Positions 19,583 through 29,791 of a DNA stretch of 64,000 nucleotides are shown piece after piece; positions within the stretch are counted from its first letter, which is position 1, and each line of letters opens with the position of its first letter. Source of the DNA: an uncultured Planctomycetota bacterium. GTDB lineage: Bacteria; Planctomycetota; Planctomycetia; Isosphaerales; Isosphaeraceae. The stretch spans positions 480,001-544,000 of the forward strand of contig CAWJTV010000041.1 in assembly GCA_963845755.1 (NCBI GenBank). The letters run 5' to 3'. Both the position numbers and the translations under genes were made by a program. Below the pieces are notes generated by a model that saw nothing but the letters and a program-made list of their open reading frames with translations, was not told where the DNA came from and made no database searches.

Positions 19583-20639
19583 TCATCCGAGAGCGTTCGA
19601 GACCTCGTCTTTCGAGAATTCGACGACCGCCGTGCACGAATCGGCCGCGCCGTAGTAGACGAGGAAGGCGCCCGCCGTCTCGACGATCCCGGTGGGGAAC
19701 ACGACATCCGGGACGAAGCCCTTTCGTTCGAACTCGGCCGTGGGCTCGAAGACGGATGCGGCCGTGCGGCGAAGGATCTTCGCCGGGTCGTCGGGGTCGA
19801 GTAAGAGAACACCCGTCGAATAGATTCCCACCTCGCCGGGACGGGTCGGCTGGCGGTTGCCGTGGTAGATCTCCAACCATCCGTCATCGACGCGCAACGG
19901 CGGCGTACCAGCACCGACGCGCCCGGTCTCCCACTCGGCATCGCCGCCGTGCAGGCACTCGTGCCGGCCCCAGTGGATCAGGTCGGGGGACCGCGCGACC
20001 CACATCTCGGGCCGGCAGAACGGCGTGGCCGCGTTCGGGCGATGGAGCGCGACAAACTCACCGCCGATCGGCTCGGGGAACAAGACCACGTCCTTGTTCT
20101 CGGGGCAGAAGATCACGCCATGGCGCTCGAAGTGGCGAAAGTCCCGCGTCGAGGCCAGCGCCGTCGCCGCACCGTGCCGCGATACGGAAACATAAGTGAA
20201 CAGATAACGATCATCGAGTTTCGTGATCCGCGGGTCCTCGACCCCGAATTCCTCCATCTCCGAATCGGGCAGGAACCGGACATCCGTCACTTCACGCACG
20301 GATCGGCCGTCGCCGCATTTCACCACGCGCAGGTGCGAGATGAACGTCAGCCGCACGAGGCCGTCGGCCTTGCGCCTCACCACGCGGGGATCGAGCACCT
20401 CGATCGAATCGTCGGGCAACCAATCGATCGTCAGGCCCTGGCCGGGGGCCCATCGCGGCGACGCGGTGAAACCGGCCCGACGCTCGCGGGGACGCTCCGC
20501 GACCCGGACCATCAGGATCACCTCGTCCCCCGCGGATCGCGCCCGGATTGAAGACCCCGACGACCTCGAAGTCGTCGCGCGACGGTTCCAGGTCGGCCGG
20601 ACGGAGCAATAACCGCTCGAAATGGCGTTGCAAGAGCAT
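19583..20639 (-). CDS. Glycoside hydrolase family 130 protein; frameshift near 20530
   Basis: GVFNPGA, ILMVRVAERP, GVEDPRIT, ENKDVVLFPE, LHRP, WLEIYHG, VVFPTG, YYGAAD. Confidence 0.9.
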
Positions 20640-20936
20640 CGCGGACTCCTTTTCGCAATGGCTGGGCTCGTCCCTCACACGGCCAGCGGAGACCCGAGAT
20701 CCATCCTCATCACCGCGGCGGTGGGAACTCCCCATCATGCACTGCGCTCCAAGAAAATGCCACGCCCAACCGGTCGATCGATCGCGTCGGCCGCCGGCCT
20801 TGGTGACCCGATCGAGACGGGATTCCGCGAGGACACGGGGTGGTGTCCCCATAGGCGTTGACTTAACGAGGAGACCCTGTGAAATCCGCCGGGTTTTCGA
20901 GACGTCGCGTGCACGACCGCCCCGGGTCCGGAGTCC

Positions 20937-20965
20937 CTCGTTCCCACGGTCCCCGTGGGAACGAG
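20937..20965. repeat. Single REP-like hairpin related to 21289-21392
   Basis: CTCGTTCCCACGG-TCC-CCGTGGGAACGAG, perfect 13-bp stem. Confidence 0.75.
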
Positions 20966-21256
20966 ATCCCTCCCACCGATCGGGGCATCACACCTCCCGG
21001 ACGGCATCGCCTGCGGATTGCCGGCATTCCCCCAGGAAAACTGACCCTGGGACATCACCGAAAAAACGAGACTTCTCGCCCAATACCACCAGGACCGGGG
21101 CCGGCCGAAGCGGGTCGTGGCCCCGAAGGGGTCAAACATACCAGCCCGGGGCAACGCCCCGGGACGGTGGCGACGACCACCCCGAGGGCAGCCCTGAAAG
21201 GGCGAAACAGGCTGGGTCGGAGCCTTCGCCTGTGCCGCCCTTTCAGGGCTTGTTCA

Positions 21257-21453
21257 GAGTCTGTAGCAACGAGACCGGGTGATAGGAACTCGTTCCCACG
21301 CTCCTGCGTGGGAATGCCGTCTTGGCCGCTCTGCGGCCCCGGCGACGCGGAGCGTCGCACCCGGACGTTCCCACGCAGAGCATGGGAACGAGGATCCCGA
21401 TGGTGTGAGGACGAGGCCTTCCTTCCTGAGCCCGGTTCCGTTGCTATAGTCTC
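21257..21453. mobile_element. 197-bp MITE with 23-bp terminal inverted repeats and an 8-bp target duplication, containing a REP doublet (21289-21392)
   Basis: GAGTCTGTAGCAACGAGACCGGG vs reverse-complemented right end GAGACTATAGCAACGGAACCGGG (19/23); CTTGTTCA at 21249-21256 and 21454-21461. Confidence 0.82.
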
Positions 21454-21485
21454 CTTGTTCATGGGGTTTTTCGGTTCCCGGGGCG

Positions 21486-21986
21486 ATCGCCAAGGGCTAC
21501 AAATTGCACGCCGTCTGGAGCAACCGTCCGATGCCCGAGGTGTGTTCGATCACACCGCTGAATGTCGCCGAGACCAAGGCCGCCGAGCAGTTGCTGCCGG
21601 AATTGGCCGACTGCGGCGGCGGTGGCTACGTGCTGGGCGATGGCGAGTACGACGCCAACCCGGTCTTCGACGCGGCGGGCCCGCGGGCTACCAGTTGGTA
21701 GCCCCGCGCGAGGACCCCAGGCCGGACTGGGACACCGCCGCCAAAGCCCGTACCGCCTCCGCTGCATCGAGCTGTTGCAGGGAGATTTCGGGAAGAGCCT
21801 CTACGCGATGCGCGGCGCGATCGAGCGATCCTTCGGCCAGGCGACCTCCTTCGGTGGCGGCCTGGGTCCGCTGCCGGCCTGGGTGCGCCGGTCGTGGCGG
21901 GTGTGGCGTTGGGTCTGGGCCAAACTGCTGATCAATGCTGTGCGGATCGTGAATCGACAAGGACTTACGTTCAAATGGAATAATTG
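21486..21986 (+). pseudogene. 3' remnant of a DDE transposase (IS4/IS5/IS982-like), 5'-truncated and frameshifted
   Basis: KGYKLHAV, LGDGEYD and RGAIERSFG motifs across three frames; no start codon. Confidence 0.75.
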
Positions 21987-22200
21987 GTTGCCCCGGGCTG
22001 ATTTGTTTGGCCCCTTCGGGGCAAATCGTGGTGGTGTCCAGCGAGGAGTCTCGAAAAATCGGTAGGCGTTCACGGGCCGAGGGTGATGGCCGTTTAGATA
22101 CGAACAAGTCTTGGAGCATAAGAGCCGACCTGACCCCGATACGGGCGGAGCGAGACGAGCGAGAATCCCTGTCGAGTCGCCCCGGCGAGACGCGGGAATG

Positions 22201-23506
22201 TCAATCGTCGTCTTCGAGCTCGAGTACGCCCTCCTGGACCATCTGGTGGGCCTTGACGGCCAGTTTCCCGCGGGCCATTTCGAGGTCCGCGGGGAGGGAG
22301 CCGGGGGGGATCTCCTCGAGGATGCGCAGCGCTGCGGCCGGGCGCTGGTGATCGCGGATCAGGATGCGCGCGAGCCCGAGCCGGACCCGTGACGACGCGC
22401 CGGGGTAATACCGGCAGTAGTCCCGCATCAGCCGGACCGATCGGGCCTCGGCGCCCCGGGCGTGCAGGGCCTTGATCAGCTCCAGGAGATCGGGCTGAGA
22501 CGGCCAGTTGAGCAAGGTCCGCGCGGCTTTGTCGTAGGCCTCCAGCGCGCCCTCGATATCGCCCTCGTCGATCCGCGAGCGGATGCGACGGACGGCCATG
22601 GCCCCGCGCTCTTGCTGACTCGGCCTGGCGCCGTCGGTCCCTTCGTCCTCGGCCAGACTCGCCCGGGCCTTGGCGCGCTGCTTCATGCTCCAGCGCAGGG
22701 ACCTCTTCTGGTGGTCGAGCCGCTGCTTCGCGCCGCTTCCAGTCGCGGCCGAGCTTCCGCCACCGGGACCAGATCGAGAACACGTCCCAGTTCTCGCAAT
22801 CGACCAGCCCGGTCTTGAGCAGGACGATCGCCACTGCGGTGCCCCAGAAAGCCCCCGAGAGGTGGCCGATCTCCGAGACCATGATCTTGCCCTCGATCGA
22901 CCCCCAGAACACCAGCCCGAAGAGCTGCTCGCCGATGTAGAGGATGGCCACCGTCGTGTAGTAGAGGTCCCACTGATACACCAGGACGCGGAACCCGACG
23001 ATGAGGATCACGGTACAGTTCAGCTCGTTCCGGGGCGCCCAGATCATGCAGGCCGCAAGCAGCCCGTAGATGACCGCCGAGGCCCCGGCCGCGTGCCCGT
23101 CCAGGCCTGATCTCATGAGCAGCGCCTGCACCAGCGCCCCGTGCATCGTGCCGATCGCCAGGTAGGTCGTCAGGAACTTCAACGCCCCGAGCTTCCCTTC
23201 GACCACGATCCCGAAGGACCAGAGGAACAGCATGTTCCCGGCGAGATGGAGCACACCATAGTGGAGGAAGTTGTGCGTCACCCACTGGATCGGATGCAGC
23301 CGGCCGTCGCCCACGGCCAGGGCGTAGCGTTCGAAGTTCGAGAGCTCCTCGACGCCATCGATCACGTCCCCGTTCTCGTCCAGCGGAACTGCGCTCGCTA
23401 CCGGCGGCACGATGAAGAGAATCGCAACATTGAGCAGGATCAGGGCGACCGTGGCGTACGGCCAGTGGTAGATCGGGGCGTCGGTACCCGTCGGGATGAT
23501 CAGCAT
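22201..23506 (-). CDS. Rhomboid-family intramembrane serine protease with a helical (TPR-like) C-terminus; frameshift near 22700
   Basis: FLHYGVLHLAGNMLFLW.FG..VE, GASAVIYG (catalytic Ser), GHLSG (His); C-terminus in ORF 22201..22686. Confidence 0.87.
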
Positions 23507-24157
23507 GGGCGCGGCTCCGGGCCGGAGGGTGCACAAGGGCGATCCTGCGCCAGGCTACCATACCAGCAGCGGGATGATCGGGGGAACCATGAGCCTGCCC
23601 GCAACCTGGATCTCAGTCCCATTGACTCGCGGCGCCCCGAGGAGTAGATTACGATACGATCCGGTGCCGAGCCGATCAAAGCAGATCTCCCCCGCCGGGA
23701 AGGGCGACGTTGGTCTCGCCCACGACTTGATGACCGAGGCGCCCCGCGTCGAGGGACGCCGGAATCGGCGGGCTGCCTCCCCTCTAAGAGAGGACTTCTC
23801 CATGGCTTCGGGCCGGCGGCCGGTGACCGTCTGCTTGTCCCCTGCGATGCGGGCGCCCTCGGCCTGTGGCCAACCCGTGCCCGCACCGGAAGCGTTCTAC
23901 ATCGATCACTCAACGGACGGCCGAGTCGATTGCCCCGAGGACTGGGAAATCGACGGCGGGTGTCCGGCCGTCGTCGGACGGAGCCGCGGTCTGGATTGCA
24001 GAGGCGCAAATACCGGACCTTGCCGAAGGATCTCACGTTTCGTATCAACTCCGTGATTCACACGAATCGGCTCCTATCTCCGTGATTCGCACGAGTCGGC
24101 AGCTCGCGGGACCAGGCCGCTCCAATCCTTCTCCCCAGTATCTGGGAGTCCACCGCA

Positions 24158-25576
24158 ATGCGCAGGTTCACACTCGGATCCGGATCGGATCGCAAGGTCG
24201 TGGTCATCGAGCTCGATGGCTCTCGCATGAGTGTCGTCCAGGTCATGCCGGACGGGAGCACAAAGCGGTCGCAGAAGGAGCTGGGCAGCCAGCCGGCGGC
24301 GCGGGCCGCGAGCGATCAGATGGCCCGCGAGCTGGTCTCGCGCGGCTTCGTCGAGAAGGCCGCCAGCGGTGTCAAGCCGGCGAAGGCGGCAGCCGAGGCC
24401 GGCGCGAGTTCGCAGGGACTTGAAGACATTTCTCTCCTCGAGGGTGTCGAGCCGCCCTCCGCCAGTCCATCCATGCTGCCGCGGCTGGCGGCCGCATCGA
24501 CCGCGACCGCGGCGACGGTCGCCGAGGCCCCGCCCAAGAAGAAAAAGAAGGCCGGTGGCAAGAAGAAGCGGAAGAAGGCGGAGAGCGGCGACGCGCTGGA
24601 CAAACGCGTGCTGGCCGGCATCGGGGCCGCCGGCGCCGCCATCGTCGCCCTCATCGGATTCCTCGCCTACGACATCTTGTTGAAGCCGGCGACGATCGTG
24701 GGTAAATGGAGCGGTTCGATGACCGAGCACGAGATCAGCAAGAAGCTCACCCACACGCGCTATGACCTCACCCTCGACACCCAGAAGCACGCGTCGCTGA
24801 CCCTCCAGCAGAAGTACACCTCGACCGGCACGTACTCGCTCAAGGGGGACCGCCTCAGGCTGAGTCTCCGCGACGAGGAGGGCGCGGAGACGGAGAAGGA
24901 GTACCAGATCGTACTCGGGAGCGTGACGCTCGACTTGAAGGATCCCCAGACCGGCGAGATGACGGTCCAGTTGCTCCGATCGGGGGACGCGCCGGCGGGT
25001 GGAGGGAAGTCCGCGCCGGCCCCCGCGGCCCCGTCGGACGACGGGGAGGCCGACGCGGCGGGCGACGCGGCCCTGGCGTCGGTCGAGTTCGCGCCGAAGG
25101 ACTCGGCCTTCCGGCTCCGCTATCCCAAGGGCTGGGAGCACGAGACCGGCAGCCGACCCGACAACACCTACTCCTGGGGCCGCTTCACCAAGGGCTCGGC
25201 GACGATCGAGGCCCGCGCCGATGTCCAGGGCTCGCTGATGTCCGGCTCCGATGTCAACCGGCAGCCGCAGGAGGAGGGGAGCGAGATGGCCCCCGTGCAC
25301 CGCGCGCACGAGCTCTACAAGAAGACCGCCGCCGAGGAATTCAGCGACTACAGCGAGAGCAAGCCGGCGGCATTCAAAGGGGCGCAGCTCGGCGAAGGGC
25401 GAATCGCGCAGTTCACCGCCTCCGGCGGGGGCCTGTTCGGGTCCAAGGTCCGCGGCTACCGCGTGACCTTGCTGACCAACGACCGCCGCATCACGATCCT
25501 GTGCCATTGCCCCGAGAAGGAGTTCGCCGGGTACCGGCGGACGTTCCTGGCCGTCTGCCGGAGCCTCGCGCGCTGA
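24158..25576 (+). CDS. Hypothetical bitopic membrane protein (WGR-like N-terminus, Lys-rich linker, one TM, extracytoplasmic beta domains)
   Basis: Typical high-GC3 codon usage; KKKKKAGGKKKRKK precedes the TM segment VLAGIGAAGAAIVALIGFLAY. Confidence 0.7.
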   Translation: MRRFTLGSGSDRKVVVIELDGSRMSVVQVMPDGSTKRSQKELGSQPAARAASDQMARELVSRGFVEKAASGVKPAKAAAEAGASSQGLEDISLLEGVEPPSASPSMLPRLAAASTATAATVAEAPPKKKKKAGGKKKRKKAESGDALDKRVLAGIGAAGAAIVALIGFLAYDILLKPATIVGKWSGSMTEHEISKKLTHTRYDLTLDTQKHASLTLQQKYTSTGTYSLKGDRLRLSLRDEEGAETEKEYQIVLGSVTLDLKDPQTGEMTVQLLRSGDAPAGGGKSAPAPAAPSDDGEADAAGDAALASVEFAPKDSAFRLRYPKGWEHETGSRPDNTYSWGRFTKGSATIEARADVQGSLMSGSDVNRQPQEEGSEMAPVHRAHELYKKTAAEEFSDYSESKPAAFKGAQLGEGRIAQFTASGGGLFGSKVRGYRVTLLTNDRRITILCHCPEKEFAGYRRTFLAVCRSLAR

Positions 25577-25745
25577 GACGCCGGCCGGGGCCGGATGAGA
25601 GAGAGCAGGATAATTGACCGCGCCCTGGTCAAGATCATCGATGGTTCCTTCTGGCACGAATCCGTACCGGTGGCCTCTTCTCTCTTCCCTCGGGTCTGGT
25701 GAGCGGATCTTGCCTGTTCTGTCGCAATGGTGAGAGCGGATGCTC

Positions 25746-26062
25746 TTACCAGCGCCGAAGCCAGGGCTCTCGCAGCCCAGGCGACGGCCGAGGTCGATCG
25801 CCGCTTGATACACGCTCTGCTGGGTCGCCGCCGCCCACAGCTCCAGCGGGTTGCCATGACTGCGACACCGATGACAATAGTATCGACCGCGCGCCACGTT
25901 CACCGAGAAACTGCGACGACGGCGGCCGTCCCCGCAAGCCGACAGGGGACAGCTCCCGTACCATTGGGAACCCGATCGACTCGTGGGCTCGAACCCCAGC
26001 AAGTCCAGCACCGGCTCCATCGTCACAACCGCGCGAATCTGCTCGAAGTCAACGCCGGGCAT
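25746..26062 (-). pseudogene. CHC2-type zinc-finger (primase N-terminal-like) gene of a decayed mobile element
   Basis: GSCPL..SFSVN....YYCHRCRSHGN.LELWA; ends PWLRRW* after a frameshift near 25775; the His after CPL is missing. Confidence 0.72.
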
Positions 26063-26981
26063 CGTTCCGGGCCTCGCTCTCCGGAGACGATGGTTCGACC
26101 GTTCCGTTCCCAATCATCTCTGGAGAGGGAACGGGAACAGCCCGGTCGGTCGATCCCTCCCGACGTTGCCAGCCCCCAGGTGTGCGGCACAGCCGACCGG
26201 CTCGCTCCAGCGACTCCAGCACCGCACCGAGCCGTTGGTTCTTCACCACCAGCGATTCCCGCAGCTTCGCTCGGGTCACGGGCGCGCCCGGGCTCAAAAG
26301 CTCCAGCACGCGCTGCTCCAGGCTCCGCCACTGGCCGTTGTGGGTCAGCGGGGTCGAACTGTCCCCCGGGTCCCCGACGACCTCCAGGTGGGTGGTCGCC
26401 GCGTCGGTCGTGACCAACTCCAAAGTGACCGGCGGCGCGGCCGGCGCCGCGCGGTGCTCGCTGGTGAGCACCAACGGGTCCCGACTGCGCCGCAGATACA
26501 GGTTCGAGTCGCCGAAGGCGTGGATGTCACTGGAACCGCGCAGGCCCTGACCAGCAGCCACTCCCCCCGCGGCGTTCTTGCGGGTGTGATGCACCAGGAT
26601 TCGTGACGAGGCCACGTGGGCTTTCCACCGCTCGCGCAGGGCTTTGAAGCCGCCCCGGCGATTGTGCGGTTGGAGCTTCACCGCGAAGAGATCGCCCAGC
26701 TCGCCGTAGAAGTCGGCACTCTTGGACTGGGGCCGCTCGATCACCCCGAGGGACACGTCCCGCGGGGCCGCCAGCCGTCCGGCGACGATCCGCAGCGCCA
26801 CACTCTTGCCGGTCCCCGACTCCCCCGTGATCAGCGCGAAGCCTCCTTCCTGGACGAGCTGTTCGACCCGCCAGGCGAACTGCTCAATCCGGGGAGTCAG
26901 AAACAGTCCTTCGCTGGGCAAGTCCGGTGAGAACGGGTTCCATCTCAATCCATACACCGCCAGCAGTTTCTTGGTGTTCAT
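26049..26981 (-). pseudogene. In-frame chimera: N-half of an ExeA/AAA_22 transposition ATPase fused to the C-part of an AAA_25/RepA-like helicase
   Basis: YGLRWNPF..FALITGESGTGKS (Walker A, no Walker B), then abruptly ILVHHTRK..LRGSSD near 26600. Confidence 0.72.
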
Positions 26982-27193
26982 GAGAGTTCTCCGTGGGGAC
27001 CAGGGAGTGTCTTGGGCAAGTAAGCCGGCGGCAGACCGGTGGCGGAATACTCCTGGAGGATCGCTGCCAGAAGCGGCGGCAGCTCGCCGCTTTGGCGGCG
27101 AGGGTTCTCCGGCGTGTCGTCGGGGCCATCGAGTGGGATCGAACTGCGGCGGCCGGCGGCGTTGGCGGTCTTGTCCAGGGGATAATTCGACAC
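26978..27193 (-). pseudogene. C-terminal remnant of a Mu/IS481-like DDE transposase
   Basis: YPLDKTANA.GRR..LPPLL..ILQEY.ATGLPPAYLP resembles the tails of transposases that precede ExeA-like ATPases; ATGA overlap with the ATPase. Confidence 0.55.
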
Positions 27194-27231
27194 TCCTCGC
27201 TCATCACCACCTCGGTTCGACAGAGTTCTCT

Positions 27232-27439
27232 ACGCCAACGGCGTTGCACAGCAAAGCCCAGGGTCGCCGCAGGCGCACCCTGGGAACGTCGAGTCGCCAC
27301 CGAGTTCCGGTTTCCCTCTCCTCCGGCGCACCCCAACGGGGTTTCCCCTGCCCGACGCTCCGGTTCGCCTGGGGAGGAAGTTCCCGACCCAGGGTGCGCC
27401 TGCGGCGAACCTGGGCTTTGCTCTTAACGCCTTTGGCGT
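27232..27439. repeat. Long palindromic extragenic element
   Basis: ACGCCAACGGCGTT..AGCAAAGCCCAGGGTCGCCGCAGGCGCACCCTGGG / CCCAGGGTGCGCCTGCGGCGAACCTGGGCTTTGCT..AACGCCTTTGGCGT. Confidence 0.82.
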
Positions 27440-27775
27440 CAGGGTTGCCGCGGAATCCCGCTCGTCGGTTCATGAACCCAGTGGTGTTCGGCGAGAAGTG
27501 TCAAAAAAATGGTGGCAAAGCTGACTGGAGGCATCAGTCCCAGCCAACTTTGCCATCTTCATTTTTTTGGCGTTTTTTCGGACGCTGCGCCTTTCGATGT
27601 AATCGTTGATCTGGTAACGAATTGAGGCGACAGCCGGCGAGCCGGTCATCGGAAAACCGTAATATAAGTCAAAATTCATGCAACTGAGAGTGCGCATGTG
27701 CGGATTCTATCCTGTAGACGCGACCAACCGTACCGAGGACGACTTCCGCCGCATCCACTCCCGGGGCTGACTTCC

Positions 27776-29386
27776 ATGACCATCAACACCGCGACCAAGC
27801 CCGACCGGGCCGAGATCAACTCGAAAAACGCGCAGCGGAGTACCGGGCCTCGGTCTCCCGAAGGGAAATGCCGCTCCAAATTCAATGCTGTCAAGCACGG
27901 CATGACCGCCAGGACCCTCGTCTTGCCTGGCGAGGATGCCGGCGCACTCCAGGCACGGCTCGAGGATTGGACCGCCGATCTCCAGCCTCAGAACGGCGTC
28001 GAGCAGTTCCTGGTCGAGCAGGCCGTCCACTCCTCCTGGAAGCTCGAGCGGGCCGACCGCGCCGAGGCCGCCCGGCTCTCCCAGGTCATCGAATCCGTAC
28101 CGCAGGAGGAGGCCAATCGTCAGCAGGACGTGGTCGCCGCCCTGGGCGACTGGCTCCTCAGCGACCGCGATGTGATCCACGACCTGACGCTCCGCCGCGA
28201 TCTGCTCGACATCCTCGCCCCGGACCAGAAGCGCACCTATCCGGACTGCCGCACCCTGGACATCTTCAACCATCCCGAGGCCATCGTCCGCCGCCTGGAA
28301 GCCACCGCCATCGGCTGTCAGTGGCTGCTCGATCGGTGGACCGAGCTCCGGGCGACGCTGGACCTGGATTGCCCCTGGGGGCTGGCCGAAAAGGCCAGGG
28401 CCCTGCGCCTGCTGGGGAAGTGCCCGCTCAACCTGGAACCCGGGAAGTGGGAGGTCTACATCCAGAGCCGTGACGACGCCGAGGCGGAAACGCTCGATGA
28501 CCTGGTCGATCGCCAGCTCGACTCCCAACTGGACGAACGGCTGACGGTGACGAAACCCGAGACGCCCGCCGTGTTCCGCGGCATCGTCGACCAGGCGATC
28601 GCGCGGCTGGAGACACTCGTCGCGGGGCACCACGGTGGCGCCGAGTCCGACGCCCAGCAAGCCGCCCGGCTCTCGTTCGACGCCAGCAACGACGCCGAAC
28701 GACTGCGCCGCTACCAGTTCTCGGCCGGCCGAGCGCTGTTCCGGAGCCTCGACACCCTGATCAAGGTCCGTCGATCCGGACTGGGAGTGGAGTCAGCTTC
28801 CGTCTCCGATGGGCCCCGTTGCACGATCGAACCGTCCGATGAAGGAAATCCGCAAAACGAACCGATCGTCCCGCAGGTCGTGGAGGAGGATCCGCAAAAC
28901 GAACCCACGGAGCCACCGTCCGTTGACGCGAATCCGCAAGACGAATCCAGGGAACCGCGGGTCGTTGACGGGAACCCGCAAGACGAACCCACGGCCCAAC
29001 CCGTCGATCACACGAGTCCGCCGAACCCACCCACCAATCCGCTCGTCGATCGCGGGAATCCACGGACCCAACCCATCATCCCGACCGTCGATCGCGGGAA
29101 TCGGAAAAACGAACCCACGGACCCGCAGTTCGGGGCGCTCCATCGTCACGGCCTGGTTTATCTCCCCGCCGTGATCTCTGCGATGACGCTCGTGATCCTC
29201 TTCGTTGGCCCGGTCGGAGATCATCGCGGCTGGCAAGCCGACGTGGCGGCATCGCCGCTCGATCGCGAGAAGCGGCAAGATCAACCTAATCGGCTACGGA
29301 ACCCGGCGGAACGCACGCGCGCTCTAATTCGACCCGGCGGCGCCGACCCTCGGCACATGGGATGGCCGCATGTTGTTTCACGTTAA
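27776..29386 (+). CDS. Hypothetical protein of the NAxxSTGPxxxEGKxxSxxNAxKHG family with seven 14-aa QNEP repeats
   Basis: N-terminal motif NAQRSTGPRSPEGKCRSKFNAVKHG; RLRRYQ..R.L.R.L..L motif; repeats at 28844-29125. Confidence 0.78.
   Translation: MTINTATKPDRAEINSKNAQRSTGPRSPEGKCRSKFNAVKHGMTARTLVLPGEDAGALQARLEDWTADLQPQNGVEQFLVEQAVHSSWKLERADRAEAARLSQVIESVPQEEANRQQDVVAALGDWLLSDRDVIHDLTLRRDLLDILAPDQKRTYPDCRTLDIFNHPEAIVRRLEATAIGCQWLLDRWTELRATLDLDCPWGLAEKARALRLLGKCPLNLEPGKWEVYIQSRDDAEAETLDDLVDRQLDSQLDERLTVTKPETPAVFRGIVDQAIARLETLVAGHHGGAESDAQQAARLSFDASNDAERLRRYQFSAGRALFRSLDTLIKVRRSGLGVESASVSDGPRCTIEPSDEGNPQNEPIVPQVVEEDPQNEPTEPPSVDANPQDESREPRVVDGNPQDEPTAQPVDHTSPPNPPTNPLVDRGNPRTQPIIPTVDRGNRKNEPTDPQFGALHRHGLVYLPAVISAMTLVILFVGPVGDHRGWQADVAASPLDREKRQDQPNRLRNPAERTRALIRPGGADPRHMGWPHVVSR
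28844..29125 (+). repeat. Seven 42-bp intragenic repeats, core CCGCAAAACGAACCC
   Basis: Units start at 28844, 28886, 28928, 28970, 29012, 29054 and 29096. Confidence 0.85.
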
Positions 29387-29471
29387 CTTGGCCTGGACGA
29401 GGATCGATCCATCCACCTCAGGAGGCGACTCGACCGAGAGCCTGTCCCGGAAGGCTCGGAAGCCCGTCCAA

Positions 29472-29534
29472 GTAGGGTGGGTGCAACCCACCAAGTTCTC
29501 AAGGCCTTACGTCGGTGGGTTGCACCCACCCTAC
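29472..29534. repeat. GTAG-family REPIN
   Basis: GTAGGGTGGGTGCAACCCACC ... GGTGGGTTGCACCCACCCTAC, perfect 21-bp arms. Confidence 0.88.
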
Positions 29535-29775
29535 AACTGTTGAACCGGACTTCTGGGACCGACTTTGAGATTCGTCTGATCTATTACCGAGATCACCGTT
29601 TCCGCGATCTGGCATCGCGACTGCCATTCTTGCAGTCATCAAACTGGCGTCATCATCGGCGGTCATTTTGGCAGAAGAACGTGGCCCACTCCGTCGGCTC
29701 GAGCCGGGAATGGAATTATCTAGGTTCCTGATTCATGAGGGATTTATGTCGAGAGCGGTGGTCAGGATAAAGCGA

Positions 29776-29791
29776 TGGCACGACTCTTGCT
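29776..29791 (+). promoter_or_regulatory. sigma54 (RpoN) promoter upstream of dnaK-clpB
   Basis: TGGCACGACTCTTGCT matches the consensus TGGCACG-N4-TTGCW exactly, about 200 bp before the dnaK start. Confidence 0.8.

Larger units (their letters stand above)
21120..22022. repeat. Palindromic extragenic element interrupted by two insertions
   Basis: Left arm GCCCCGAAGGGGTCAAACATACCAGCCCGGGGCAACGCCCCGGG. Right arm is split into CCCGGGGC (21477-21484) and GTTGCCCCGGGCTGATTTGTTTGGCCCCTTCGGGGC (21987-22022). Confidence 0.82.

Noticed and set aside
24074..26113. 679-aa minus-strand ORF as a large primase
   Set aside because: Only the first ~110 aa are CHC2-like; the rest is read-through antisense to the 24158-25576 gene.
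28844..29125. 42-bp periodic array as a CRISPR
   Set aside because: Repeats are degenerate and in frame within a CDS, the intervening parts resemble one another, and no cas genes are present.
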